Shown piece after piece: positions 48,661 to 57,904 of a stretch of 64,000 nt of DNA. The translations under genes and the position numbers were made by a program. Origin of the DNA: a virus; IMG/VR virus record IMGVR_UViG_3300030098_006058, positions 25,109-89,108 of that record; one strand, given 5' to 3'. Within the stretch, counting starts at the first letter, position 1; each line of letters begins with the position of its first letter. A model generated the notes under the pieces. That model was not told the DNA's origin. It did not search any database and saw nothing but the letters and a program-made list of their open reading frames with translations.

Positions 48661-51121
48661 TTTTAATTAATTTTTTATTCAATTTTTTAAATTTTAAGGT
48701 TTCTTTATTCTTAGATTTTAGATAAGCTCTTAATGTTAAAAATAACTCTTTATCACGAAGTCGTTTTTCATCATTACTAGTTTCAACTTGTCTTAAATTT
48801 TGAATAATATCTAATCCTTTGGCATATTCTTCTAACTCTTTTAAAGTTTCTAAAGCTTTATGATCTACACAATCATATTCCTTACACATCTCTAATAAAA
48901 CCTCTCTTTCTTTCCAATTTAAAGATTGAAAATGATTATAATAATTAATATGCAATTTATGCAATTTTTTCCATTTATAAAAGAGTTTTTCATTAAGAGG
49001 TTTAAAGATTTGGAACATATTAATAGCTTCAACTCTATCTTTTATTAAATGAGCAGTATACCATCTTTTTACAATATCATGTTTCATTTTAAATAATTCT
49101 TCAATGTTAATATATTCACTTAATTCATCTTTAATACTATTAGCAACTTTAAGTATAACAACTCCATCATGATCTCTCCCATACTTTCTTTCATCTTCTT
49201 CAGGTTTATAAAAGAATCCACTTACTATATAATTCCTAGAATACATATTATAGGCTTTATCTCCTTGTCTACAAATAGAACCAACAGCTTTAAGTAAAAC
49301 ATCATGTTTAGAATTACCATAAATAATAATACCACCTTTATCTTTATATTCACCTAACTTTTCACCATCGGTTTCTATATTACCAAATTTATTATTATCA
49401 TTATGATCTTGATAAAATCTTCTACAAAATAACTTACCTAATCTTTTTCTTCTAGCTTGATCAGTTTCAAAATTACCTATAGCTTCTAATTCAGCTTCAT
49501 TAGTTACTTTAACATCATCATAACTATTAAATTTATGTTTACAACCATCCATTAGTTTACACATAATATTAAAATCAGATAAAATAGTAGCAGGAGTTCT
49601 AACTTCTAATCTAGCGCCCCACAAATCATAATCTTTTTCAGAAGCAATAACTTTATCGTCACATCTATTCTTTCTTAATTGAATATATTTCAGTTTTCCT
49701 TCTAATACAGTATCAAGAATATAAATATCTTTAGATTTTCTAAATGTCTTAGTAGGTTTCTCAGAACCATCTTCCCTTTTTTCATAAACTTGATCTTGAT
49801 AATAAATAGGATAATCTAAAAAATCTTCCCATTTAGTTTCAACTTTAGAAACTCTAAATCCTCCAGAATACTTACTATTATGTTCTTTAGAAACAGTATT
49901 AATAGTAAAACCCATAAATAATTTATTTATAGCTTTATCTTGTAAAGGATTCAGACTTAAATCTCCTACCATATCCATTTTAAGATCATCTCGCTTTAAG
50001 TTAGCAATATGAGCTCTTACCGCAAATACAGTTTTATATTCATGATTATAATAAGAATGTCTTTTATTTATAGCATGAGCCATTTCAATCCAATGTATAA
50101 AATCTGTTGCATTATTTAATTCTTTATTACAATCATCTATACATTGGTTTCTAACCTTCTTATATTTAGCTTTAATTGCTTCTTTAGTTCTATCAGTATA
50201 TCGAATAGATTCCCTTGATGGAACCAAATCAATTTCACCAATAGCAAACTTAAGAGCAGCTGGAGCACGATCTTCATCTATTCCATCTAATTGATTAAAA
50301 TCTAAAGGATATCTTACTCTACCTACCATACAATGTACTTCTCTATCAATATGATCAAAATCAGTTAATTTTAAAGCTATAGCTAAATCATCATCTTCAT
50401 ATTCACATTGAATAGCTTGCATTTTAGCACCTAATCCTTCTTCAATATTTATATATTCTAAGTTATCAAAATATAATAATTGCTGTTCTATAGACTTTTT
50501 AAACGTTCTAAGATCTTTATCCTCTTTTATAGGTATAATTACTTCAGTAGAGTTTAAATCCTCTGTAGGGCTTGATTTTATCATATCCATATGAAATGCA
50601 TCATTACCTTTATATAACATATAAGAATATTTAACACCATTATGATTAGCTATAATATAAAATGTATTAGTATATGCAAATGGAGATTTAGCTCCAATAC
50701 CAAATCCACCTATTTGTAAATTGTTATCTCTTTTAGTTGAATTACCAAACATAGTGTAGATAGTTTCTACTCTTTGTTGGCTTAATCCAATACCAAAATC
50801 TCTAAATATCATTGCATTACCAATACCTAATAATATATTCTCTTCTTGAAATTCTATTTGAGGACACTTTTTATCATCATGCCAATATTTAGATTCATCT
50901 TCATGAGTACTAGGAATAGTTCCCATTCTCTTAAGACGCTTCTCTCTATGTGCATCATAACAATTAGATGTTACTTCTCTTACTATAGAACCTATAGGAT
51001 CAGAATATAAATTAATTAAAGAATCGATGATAATTCCCATAGAATCTTCACCGATCTTAAATTTATTGGTTTTCATTTCACCAATAATTTTTTCTACGCT
51101 TTTTTCTCTTTTAATTTCCAT
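48650..51121 (-). CDS. rIIA: rIIA-like protein (GHKL/Hsp90-like ATPase N-domain)
   Basis: LYSDPIGSIVREVTSNCYDA, RDFGIG, STK, GGFGIGAKSPFAY; adjacent to rIIB. Confidence 0.85.
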   Translation of the reverse strand: MEIKREKSVEKIIGEMKTNKFKIGEDSMGIIIDSLINLYSDPIGSIVREVTSNCYDAHREKRLKRMGTIPSTHEDESKYWHDDKKCPQIEFQEENILLGIGNAMIFRDFGIGLSQQRVETIYTMFGNSTKRDNNLQIGGFGIGAKSPFAYTNTFYIIANHNGVKYSYMLYKGNDAFHMDMIKSSPTEDLNSTEVIIPIKEDKDLRTFKKSIEQQLLYFDNLEYINIEEGLGAKMQAIQCEYEDDDLAIALKLTDFDHIDREVHCMVGRVRYPLDFNQLDGIDEDRAPAALKFAIGEIDLVPSRESIRYTDRTKEAIKAKYKKVRNQCIDDCNKELNNATDFIHWIEMAHAINKRHSYYNHEYKTVFAVRAHIANLKRDDLKMDMVGDLSLNPLQDKAINKLFMGFTINTVSKEHNSKYSGGFRVSKVETKWEDFLDYPIYYQDQVYEKREDGSEKPTKTFRKSKDIYILDTVLEGKLKYIQLRKNRCDDKVIASEKDYDLWGARLEVRTPATILSDFNIMCKLMDGCKHKFNSYDDVKVTNEAELEAIGNFETDQARRKRLGKLFCRRFYQDHNDNNKFGNIETDGEKLGEYKDKGGIIIYGNSKHDVLLKAVGSICRQGDKAYNMYSRNYIVSGFFYKPEEDERKYGRDHDGVVILKVANSIKDELSEYINIEELFKMKHDIVKRWYTAHLIKDRVEAINMFQIFKPLNEKLFYKWKKLHKLHINYYNHFQSLNWKEREVLLEMCKEYDCVDHKALETLKELEEYAKGLDIIQNLRQVETSNDEKRLRDKELFLTLRAYLKSKNKETLKFKKLNKKLIKNEK

Positions 51122-52128
51122 GCGCTTATTAATTTATTTATTAAACATTTAGTTTCTTCACTTGTATGAGATTTTCTATAATCAGCTATATCTTTAAATC
51201 CATTTGACCGTGTTTTAAAACTTTGAAGAAAAATAGGTTTAAATCCATATCTTTTTCTTAGTTTATTAGCACCTTTAACACCAGTTAAATCAAAATCATT
51301 TAATATATATATATCATTGAATCTCTCATATAATTCGTGAGTAACAGTATCTTTAATATTTGTAATTTCATTTTGTAAAGCGACACTAGTAAATCCTAAT
51401 GTTCTTAATACCATCACATCTTTTAATGCTTTAGTAATAATTAACATGTCAGATTTTCTTGGGAGTTGATCCCAACCTTGGAATATAGTTCTATTGGTAT
51501 TGCTCATCCATTTATATCCTGTTAAAGATAATGGACGATATATTTTCCATGTATATTCATTATCCTTATAAAATAAATACCCATAAATAGGATTATTATT
51601 TACATAAGTAGCGACTGTTCTGTCACCTACAAATACACATTTACAAGAAAATACATTATATACTTTAAGTAAATTCTTGTCAATACCATATTGACCCCAA
51701 TAATTCTCATCTACAAAAGTAAATGCTTGTGTCTTAACATTAATTGCTCTTTTTGGAACAAAATTTAATTGTTTAATATCAGTTCTGTAGCCTGTATACT
51801 CTCGACTTTTATAACCATATTGGCTATACATTAATTCTAAGTTAAAATCAGAATTTATTTGAATTAGTGCATCAAAGAAATGTATATTAAATTTCTTTTG
51901 TATAAAACTAAAACAATCTCCTGACTCACCAGTACCAAAATCTTTATATCTTATAGTTCCTTTTTTATCTGTAAATAATGAAAAGCTAGGCTTATCATCT
52001 TGACGAAAAGGACTATTCATTACAATTCCTGATTTAAAATCACGACCTAAATAATAACTAAAGATTTGATACTCACTTATTTTTTTTAATACAGCCTTTT
52101 TGGATAATTGAATATTAATTTTATACAT
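51094..52128 (-). CDS. DNA primase (degenerate CHC2-like domain plus TOPRIM)
   Basis: SPFRQDDKPSFS...KDFGTGESGD; ITKALKDVM, NDFDLTG, KDIAD. Confidence 0.85.
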   Translation of the reverse strand: MYKINIQLSKKAVLKKISEYQIFSYYLGRDFKSGIVMNSPFRQDDKPSFSLFTDKKGTIRYKDFGTGESGDCFSFIQKKFNIHFFDALIQINSDFNLELMYSQYGYKSREYTGYRTDIKQLNFVPKRAINVKTQAFTFVDENYWGQYGIDKNLLKVYNVFSCKCVFVGDRTVATYVNNNPIYGYLFYKDNEYTWKIYRPLSLTGYKWMSNTNRTIFQGWDQLPRKSDMLIITKALKDVMVLRTLGFTSVALQNEITNIKDTVTHELYERFNDIYILNDFDLTGVKGANKLRKRYGFKPIFLQSFKTRSNGFKDIADYRKSHTSEETKCLINKLISAWKLKEKKA

Positions 52129-52159
52129 TTTTATAATATTTAATTACCTACAAGAAAAA

Positions 52160-52263
52160 GAGGGGGTTCAGTACGTAACCATGTGAACCGCGTCCTTTAT
52201 CGCTAAGAGTGGAAACTTTAAAAACCAATTTAAAAACTCTATCACCGCGAGGACACCCCCTCC
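52160..52263 (-). ncRNA. Structured intergenic element between SSB and primase
   Basis: GAGGGGGT/ACCCCCTC closing stem; inner GTCCT/AGGAC, AGAGT/ACTCT, GGTTCA/TGAACC; followed by TTTTCTT. Confidence 0.5.
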
Positions 52264-52282
52264 TAATCTCTAATCACATTAC

Positions 52283-52846
52283 CTAAAACGGTAAACCAGA
52301 TTCAGCAGGCGTTTCATTTGTAACAGTATTACTTGCTAATGTAGCTGGGTTATCAGCTTCATCTTTTTCCATTTTATCAAAACTAGTTATATTTAACTTA
52401 GTTGGATCAGTATCCATTGTTTCAACAAATGGTACATACTTTGGAATAGAAACATAATTATTATAACTGTAAACAGTTTTAACTCTTAATTTCTTTCCTA
52501 AATATGTATTACCAAGTAAAGTAATTACAGTTTTTGCAAAATTATCAAAAGAATCTGCATTAATAACTATCTTCTCTTCATCCATGAATTTAGTCATAAT
52601 ATGCTTTACTCTTTTCATTTGAGATTGCAATTTCTTTTCCCAACCTTCGTTGGCTGTATCTATTGGCCATTCAAAATGATTTAACTTAGATCCCTCACTT
52701 GAAGTAAATTCAAATTTAAGAAATGCATTACCATTACTAGCCGTGTCAATACTAACACCCGTCATTTCAACATCTTCACTTATACCAAGCGGAAATACTG
52801 AGGTTGACGTACCCTCTGACTTTAAAGTCTGATTAATTTGATACAT
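52283..52846 (-). CDS. Putative single-stranded DNA-binding protein
   Basis: OB-fold-like N-terminus (SNGNAFLKFEF), acidic tail ending ESGLPF; follows Sak4-like ATPase. Confidence 0.65.
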   Translation of the reverse strand: MYQINQTLKSEGTSTSVFPLGISEDVEMTGVSIDTASNGNAFLKFEFTSSEGSKLNHFEWPIDTANEGWEKKLQSQMKRVKHIMTKFMDEEKIVINADSFDNFAKTVITLLGNTYLGKKLRVKTVYSYNNYVSIPKYVPFVETMDTDPTKLNITSFDKMEKDEADNPATLASNTVTNETPAESGLPF

Positions 52847-52867
52847 AAATTTAATTTTAATCGATTA

Positions 52868-53539
52868 TTACTCATTATAGTACTTTTCCATTACTGTTTT
52901 AATTGATAGTAAACAGTTTGGAATTAAATAGTCATCAAACATACCTTCAGGAGATTTCGCAGTTGAAACTCCATCAGATTGTGTTTGAAACATATATTCG
53001 TTACTTCCTTTACCATCTGATTTAACATCGGTAAATAAAACAACGCTCGACATAGACTCTAAAACAATTCTATCTAATTGTTTTCCAGCTGTCATTACTT
53101 TCTTGTATTGAGCACCCATATCATTGTATCCTTCTTCAGAATGCGCTAATACAAATACATCAATATTATCAGGTAATATTTGATTTATTATTGTAAATAT
53201 ATCATATATACCACCAGATAATTGTGTCCACTTTTCAAATCCTTTAATATGTCTCTCTCCCATTACTTTATCTGTCATCATACGATTAATAGTATCGATA
53301 ACAACAGTTTTAATATGAGGAGCTTTTTCAGGAATAGCTTTCAAAATATTACATATTTCTACTAAAGAAGATACTTTAGAATAATTCTTATTTTCTTTAG
53401 AATAATTCTTTTTCCATCCTTTAAAAGGTAATGCTTTTTGATCACTATTTATATAAAAAGTGGATTTTGGATCCAGATTTCTACTTGCTGTGGATTTACC
53501 AGATCCAGATTTACCACAAACAATTACTAAATTTGCCAT
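52868..53539 (-). CDS. AAA_24/Sak4-like ATPase (ssDNA annealing)
   Basis: Walker A GKSGSGKST, Walker B VVIDT, LAH, TAKSPEGMF. Confidence 0.85.
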   Translation of the reverse strand: MANLVIVCGKSGSGKSTASRNLDPKSTFYINSDQKALPFKGWKKNYSKENKNYSKVSSLVEICNILKAIPEKAPHIKTVVIDTINRMMTDKVMGERHIKGFEKWTQLSGGIYDIFTIINQILPDNIDVFVLAHSEEGYNDMGAQYKKVMTAGKQLDRIVLESMSSVVLFTDVKSDGKGSNEYMFQTQSDGVSTAKSPEGMFDDYLIPNCLLSIKTVMEKYYNE

Positions 53540-53540
53540 A

Positions 53541-53918
53541 TTATTTCTCTTTTAATATATAAAAACCTAATTTTAAATAATTCATTGCATCTGCAAATCT
53601 ACCATCAATACTTTCTGCTTGAGGAATTTTAGGATCCTTAGCATAAGACATAATAGCTGCTACATGTTTATAAAAATAAACACTCCAAGCTTGCATAGGA
53701 GTTGTTCCGCTTAACTCTGCAGCTTTTCTAAAATTTGCTAACACATCGCCATTAGCTTGAGTATACCCAGGTCTTTTGGCATCTTCAATAGTTCTCGCTA
53801 ATAACTCTAATTCTTGTACACATTTTTCATAACTATCACCATTAAGATAAGTTATTTCAGTTGTGTCATCTGTACTTTGACTACTAAACTCATAGTCTTC
53901 ATTAAACAGTTTTGTCAT
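53541..53918 (-). CDS. Small all-alpha protein, nucleotide-modification-associated (Nmad1/DUF1599)-like
   Basis: K...Y....D.LANF....KH...ESI..RF.DA.NY pattern. Confidence 0.5.
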   Translation of the reverse strand: MTKLFNEDYEFSSQSTDDTTEITYLNGDSYEKCVQELELLARTIEDAKRPGYTQANGDVLANFRKAAELSGTTPMQAWSVYFYKHVAAIMSYAKDPKIPQAESIDGRFADAMNYLKLGFYILKEK

Positions 53919-54906
53919 CTTCTTCTGAATTTAAATTATAAATATTATCTGTAGCATAATCTACAACACGATTATACATTAATTCATTTTTCATTTTAGC
54001 AATACATGGTTTACCTTCTCTTACTTTAAGAAAATGCCAAAATAAAGCACCTCCAGTAGGCCATGCTTTAGGTCCATAAGTTTCTAATCCTAATTGCTCA
54101 GGATTCATTGAAACCATTACTAAATCTGAAAACATATAAACAGAATCTCCACCAAATAAATCTTTCTTTTTGGGAAATTGTTGTGATGGTTCAGTAGCTC
54201 TATCAGCTTGTTCTATTTCTCTATTTAATTGAGATAAGAAAACAAATGCTATTTTATATTTTTTCTTTAATGCATTTGCCATAACCATTAGTTCTACTAA
54301 AACAATTCTTTCCATTTCACCTGCTCTACCTCTAACAAGAATAGTATGATCTAACATAACAACCACACCTCTTTCTTGATTTTCTTCAGTTGTAGCAAAG
54401 TGTTCTATAGTATTTCTAATTAATTCAACATTACCTGGCATTTCTACATACCAAATAGGATATTGAGTTAACTCTTTGCTCGTAGCTAAAACTTTATAAT
54501 AAGCAGCATCAGATAAATTATAACCTTCAATACCACTATGTAGTTTTCTTGTTGTTGTATTTAATGCACTAGAAAATTTACGACTCACTAATTGACGAGC
54601 TAACATCTCGAAATTAAATGATAATACCGCAAAATTTTCATCTGGATTTAATTTAAACAATTCTGTTTCTAATTGATTGATAATAGCAGTTTTACCACTA
54701 CCTGACATACCCGCTATAGTATGTATAGTGTTCCACTCTATTCCATCCATACTCACATGGTTATATTTAGACCATGGAGTTCTTAAGGATTTAATTAATC
54801 CTTTTCTTCTATTGTCAATATACTGAACAGCATCAAATGCTGCTTTCTTTATACTTGTATATTGAAGTCTCGGTTTATTAACTGTGTTTTTAGGTACCGT
54901 TGTCAT
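53902..54906 (-). CDS. dnaB: DnaB-like replicative helicase
   Basis: AGMSGSGKT, FNFEM, LDH, LSQLNR, KVREG. Confidence 0.85.
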   Translation of the reverse strand: MTTVPKNTVNKPRLQYTSIKKAAFDAVQYIDNRRKGLIKSLRTPWSKYNHVSMDGIEWNTIHTIAGMSGSGKTAIINQLETELFKLNPDENFAVLSFNFEMLARQLVSRKFSSALNTTTRKLHSGIEGYNLSDAAYYKVLATSKELTQYPIWYVEMPGNVELIRNTIEHFATTEENQERGVVVMLDHTILVRGRAGEMERIVLVELMVMANALKKKYKIAFVFLSQLNREIEQADRATEPSQQFPKKKDLFGGDSVYMFSDLVMVSMNPEQLGLETYGPKAWPTGGALFWHFLKVREGKPCIAKMKNELMYNRVVDYATDNIYNLNSEEDDKTV

Positions 54907-55490
54907 ATCAAATCTTCACCATATTTAGTATCGCTAGTAGATACGTTAGTACTTGCTTCGAGAAAACTAGCATAAGCATCCCAAGCATTTTTATTAATAT
55001 AAGTTTCTAAAGCATGCATGTACTGCATATTTCCTCCTCTTTTACGAGTTTCTAATTCTTTCTTCAAACATGCAATAACATGCGTATGCTTTAAAAAATT
55101 ACCTTTTATATATCTATCATATTTCTCTTTACAAACTTTAGCAGCTTTAGCAGAAAGACTTGTAGGTCTTAATACTCTGACTGATCTACCGTTATAAACT
55201 TTAATAGGATACATATCAAATAATTCAGTGAAATAAGATTCCTCGACACCTAATAATTTACGCACTTTACTTCTAGCTATAGTAATACAAGTAAAAGGAT
55301 TTTTAGGATCACAAGTTAATATATAACCTTGATCCACAAGTCCTTGTACTTCTTTTTGTGCAAAAGTATATAGTCTAACATAGTTAATAAACATGTCAGT
55401 TTTACCTTCAAATAATAATACTAACATAACATATTGAGACGCAGTTAGTTTGTTCTTGATCAATCCAAGAACATTCATTTCTATATTCAT
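54903..55490 (-). CDS. Putative replication initiator/helicase loader
   Basis: wHTH-like N-terminus and F.E....YP...YM..LETYIN..W C-terminus; immediately upstream of the helicase. Confidence 0.45.
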   Translation of the reverse strand: MNIEMNVLGLIKNKLTASQYVMLVLLFEGKTDMFINYVRLYTFAQKEVQGLVDQGYILTCDPKNPFTCITIARSKVRKLLGVEESYFTELFDMYPIKVYNGRSVRVLRPTSLSAKAAKVCKEKYDRYIKGNFLKHTHVIACLKKELETRKRGGNMQYMHALETYINKNAWDAYASFLEASTNVSTSDTKYGEDLI

Positions 55491-55512
55491 ATATCGGGAA
55501 ATTTATAGTTTA

Positions 55513-55544
55513 CAAATATAATTAATTTACATCTATTATACAAC
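55513..55544 (-). promoter_or_regulatory. Bacteroidota-type promoter for the replication operon
   Basis: Minus strand GTTG, 20 nt, then TATATTTG, upstream of ORF 55490. Confidence 0.55.
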
Positions 55545-56014
55545 TATAATTGTAAAACTTCTTCAAGTTTAAATCTAGTTGTAAGAGCTTCAGAAATAGT
55601 TACCATTTCAGATGACCATTCATAAACATCTCCAGCATATACCAAGCAATAAGCTGATAATACTAATTGATCATTTATAAATTGTTTACCTTTATCAGTA
55701 ACTCTCCAATGCCCATTATTATTTGGATCTACTTCAATTAATTTCCATTTCTCCAAATAACTATAATCCATTGCTGTGGCTCTTAAACCTAACAATGAAA
55801 ATACATTTTGAACATGAATGTATACACCATCCTTTGTTCTATTATGTATTATTGCCAATGCTTTACACATATTGGCATTCAACTTTCGTTTATAAGCCTT
55901 AACTAACTGTCCACAAGCGGGACAGCCAGTTCCAGACTTAAAGTTTTTACGAAGATGATCTTTGGCTTCAAGTATTGTCTTCATATTCTTTATAATTAAA
56001 AATTTCAGTTTCAT
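55544..56014 (-). CDS. Zn-ribbon/winged-HTH protein (start may be MKTILEAK)
   Basis: CPACGQ; L..W.LIE...GHWRVTDKG wing motif. Confidence 0.6.
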   Translation of the reverse strand: MKLKFLIIKNMKTILEAKDHLRKNFKSGTGCPACGQLVKAYKRKLNANMCKALAIIHNRTKDGVYIHVQNVFSLLGLRATAMDYSYLEKWKLIEVDPNNNGHWRVTDKGKQFINDQLVLSAYCLVYAGDVYEWSSEMVTISEALTTRFKLEEVLQL

Positions 56015-57185
56015 ATTCTTCCTGAGATGAGGCTACCCATTTCTCTTCTTGACTATTTTCAACATAGATACGAAAGATGACCGCCTGCTTATTTGCTTTC
56101 CATCTAACTGTTCTACCTATACGTTGAATCATGTCTTTAGTTTTACTGGTTCCACTAGCAATAATTGCCATGGAAATATCGGGTACATTCATACCTTCGT
56201 TCAAAGCCTTAGCTGTAGATATTCGTGTTATTGAATTCCCGCTTTTCAATAAATCTAAATTTTCATTTCGTTTCTTTTTAGGGATCTTACTATGAAAACT
56301 TAAACAATTATCTAACTCTTCTGTGACTTTGTCAGCAAAATCTATAGTTTGAGAAAATACGATAGCCTTTCTCTCAGAATAAATATTTGATATTTTTTTA
56401 ACTGCTTCTAATTTAGCTTTAGCATTATATAATATATTCTTTCTTTTTGTCATTGCAGCATTACACATAAAAGGATAAGATGCATTATTGTCATCTAATA
56501 CAAGCCCTTTACGTTGTAAATATACTTCATAAACATTTTTCTTCATACATGAAAACATATTCTTTAAATCTTTATTAAAATAAGGAAATAAAGAATTAAA
56601 TGTTTTATCTGCTTTATTATATTCTGCTAATTCTGTAGGTGTTAACTCAACTGGTACATTATAAATCTTAAATGGACTAATTAATCCAAGATCTTGTGCA
56701 TCAGTTGTTTTAATAGTATGTATAATAGGAGCTATTCCTGTTAATAATCTTAATTTTACTCTGTCTATATGAGCAGATAATCCTAATATCTTATTAAAAT
56801 AATTATTAGAAAAGAAATTAAAATATTCAGGAGACATATAATTATGTACTTCATCAGCTATTATTAAATCAAAACTATGACCTATCCATTTATATGCAGT
56901 TTGAATACAAACACATTTTACACATTGTTCAAAGACTTCACCTTCATCCCATTTGTAAAATTCATCTTTCCATGATCTATCTCTAATAGTTTCAGTAGGA
57001 GTTAATATTAATATCCTAGCTTCCATATTAGTTAATTTGGCCATATAAGCCGCAGCAAGCACTCCACATCGAGTTTTACCGATTCCGGTAGCATACTCTA
57101 GTGTCCCCCTGCCATGCCACGGCTTAGACCACCATTTATTTAAACCACTTCTCTGAATTTTATCTTTAGATTCAGATATTGTCAT
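55968..57185 (-). CDS. Superfamily 2 (DExH) helicase
   Basis: ATGIGKT, DEVH, LGLSA, LNEGMNVPD, IQRIGR. Confidence 0.9.
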   Translation of the reverse strand: MTISESKDKIQRSGLNKWWSKPWHGRGTLEYATGIGKTRCGVLAAAYMAKLTNMEARILILTPTETIRDRSWKDEFYKWDEGEVFEQCVKCVCIQTAYKWIGHSFDLIIADEVHNYMSPEYFNFFSNNYFNKILGLSAHIDRVKLRLLTGIAPIIHTIKTTDAQDLGLISPFKIYNVPVELTPTELAEYNKADKTFNSLFPYFNKDLKNMFSCMKKNVYEVYLQRKGLVLDDNNASYPFMCNAAMTKRKNILYNAKAKLEAVKKISNIYSERKAIVFSQTIDFADKVTEELDNCLSFHSKIPKKKRNENLDLLKSGNSITRISTAKALNEGMNVPDISMAIIASGTSKTKDMIQRIGRTVRWKANKQAVIFRIYVENSQEEKWVASSQEEYETEIFNYKEYEDNT

Positions 57186-57904
57186 ATAGCATATTCTTTA
57201 AAATGTTTATGTAATTTAGTATAATCCTCCATAGCATTACTAGGATGAGAAGACTTTAAAGCATCTGTAGCTGCACCATATAAAGCATATAATGTTCGTT
57301 CAGCAAATTTATTATCTAATGCATTATGAGGTGAATATTCACCATCATTCCAACTAGACTTTATTTTGTTCATCTGAACTCCATTAAGAATATCTTTATT
57401 TAAATATGCATCTCCTAATATTTTAGCTGCTTCTACATCAGTAATACCTACTTGTTCAAACATAATAAGATCATCTGTTGCTTGTTCAGCTGCTATATCA
57501 GCTCTTGCAATAACTGAAGGTATAATATCTTCAAGATCTTCCCATACATTTATTGTATGTTTTCTTATCTTAGTAATATCACCAACAAACATTAAATTAC
57601 TACATACAACTACTTGAGCACCAGAACATAAGCCTACTGCTACAGATTTATCATATGAATTTCTAAAACCTATAGATATATTATGATGTATCCCAGGTGC
57701 TTGAAAATTCATAACTCCAAACATTTGTCTACCTTCTCTAGCCATTTCAAAATTCCTACTAGTTAAACCCCAGTAAGAAGGTATATGCTTTTCAATACTT
57801 AATACAAGATCAGTATGTGAGACTGGCATATAAGAGTCTGTCATTGTTGGAAGAGGAATTGTACTTAATTCACTTACTTCCTTAGTTGAAAATCTTTTTT
57901 TCAT
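57182..57904 (-). CDS. DUF932-family protein
   Basis: YMPVSH, RNSYDKS, VCSNLM, H. Confidence 0.7.
   Translation of the reverse strand: MKKRFSTKEVSELSTIPLPTMTDSYMPVSHTDLVLSIEKHIPSYWGLTSRNFEMAREGRQMFGVMNFQAPGIHHNISIGFRNSYDKSVAVGLCSGAQVVVCSNLMFVGDITKIRKHTINVWEDLEDIIPSVIARADIAAEQATDDLIMFEQVGITDVEAAKILGDAYLNKDILNGVQMNKIKSSWNDGEYSPHNALDNKFAERTLYALYGAATDALKSSHPSNAMEDYTKLHKHFKEYAI

Noticed and set aside
51900-52128. Primase as a pseudogene because the Zn-finger cysteines are missing
   Set aside because: The ORF is intact with TOPRIM acidic residues, and a degenerate CHC2 domain occurs in such phage primases.
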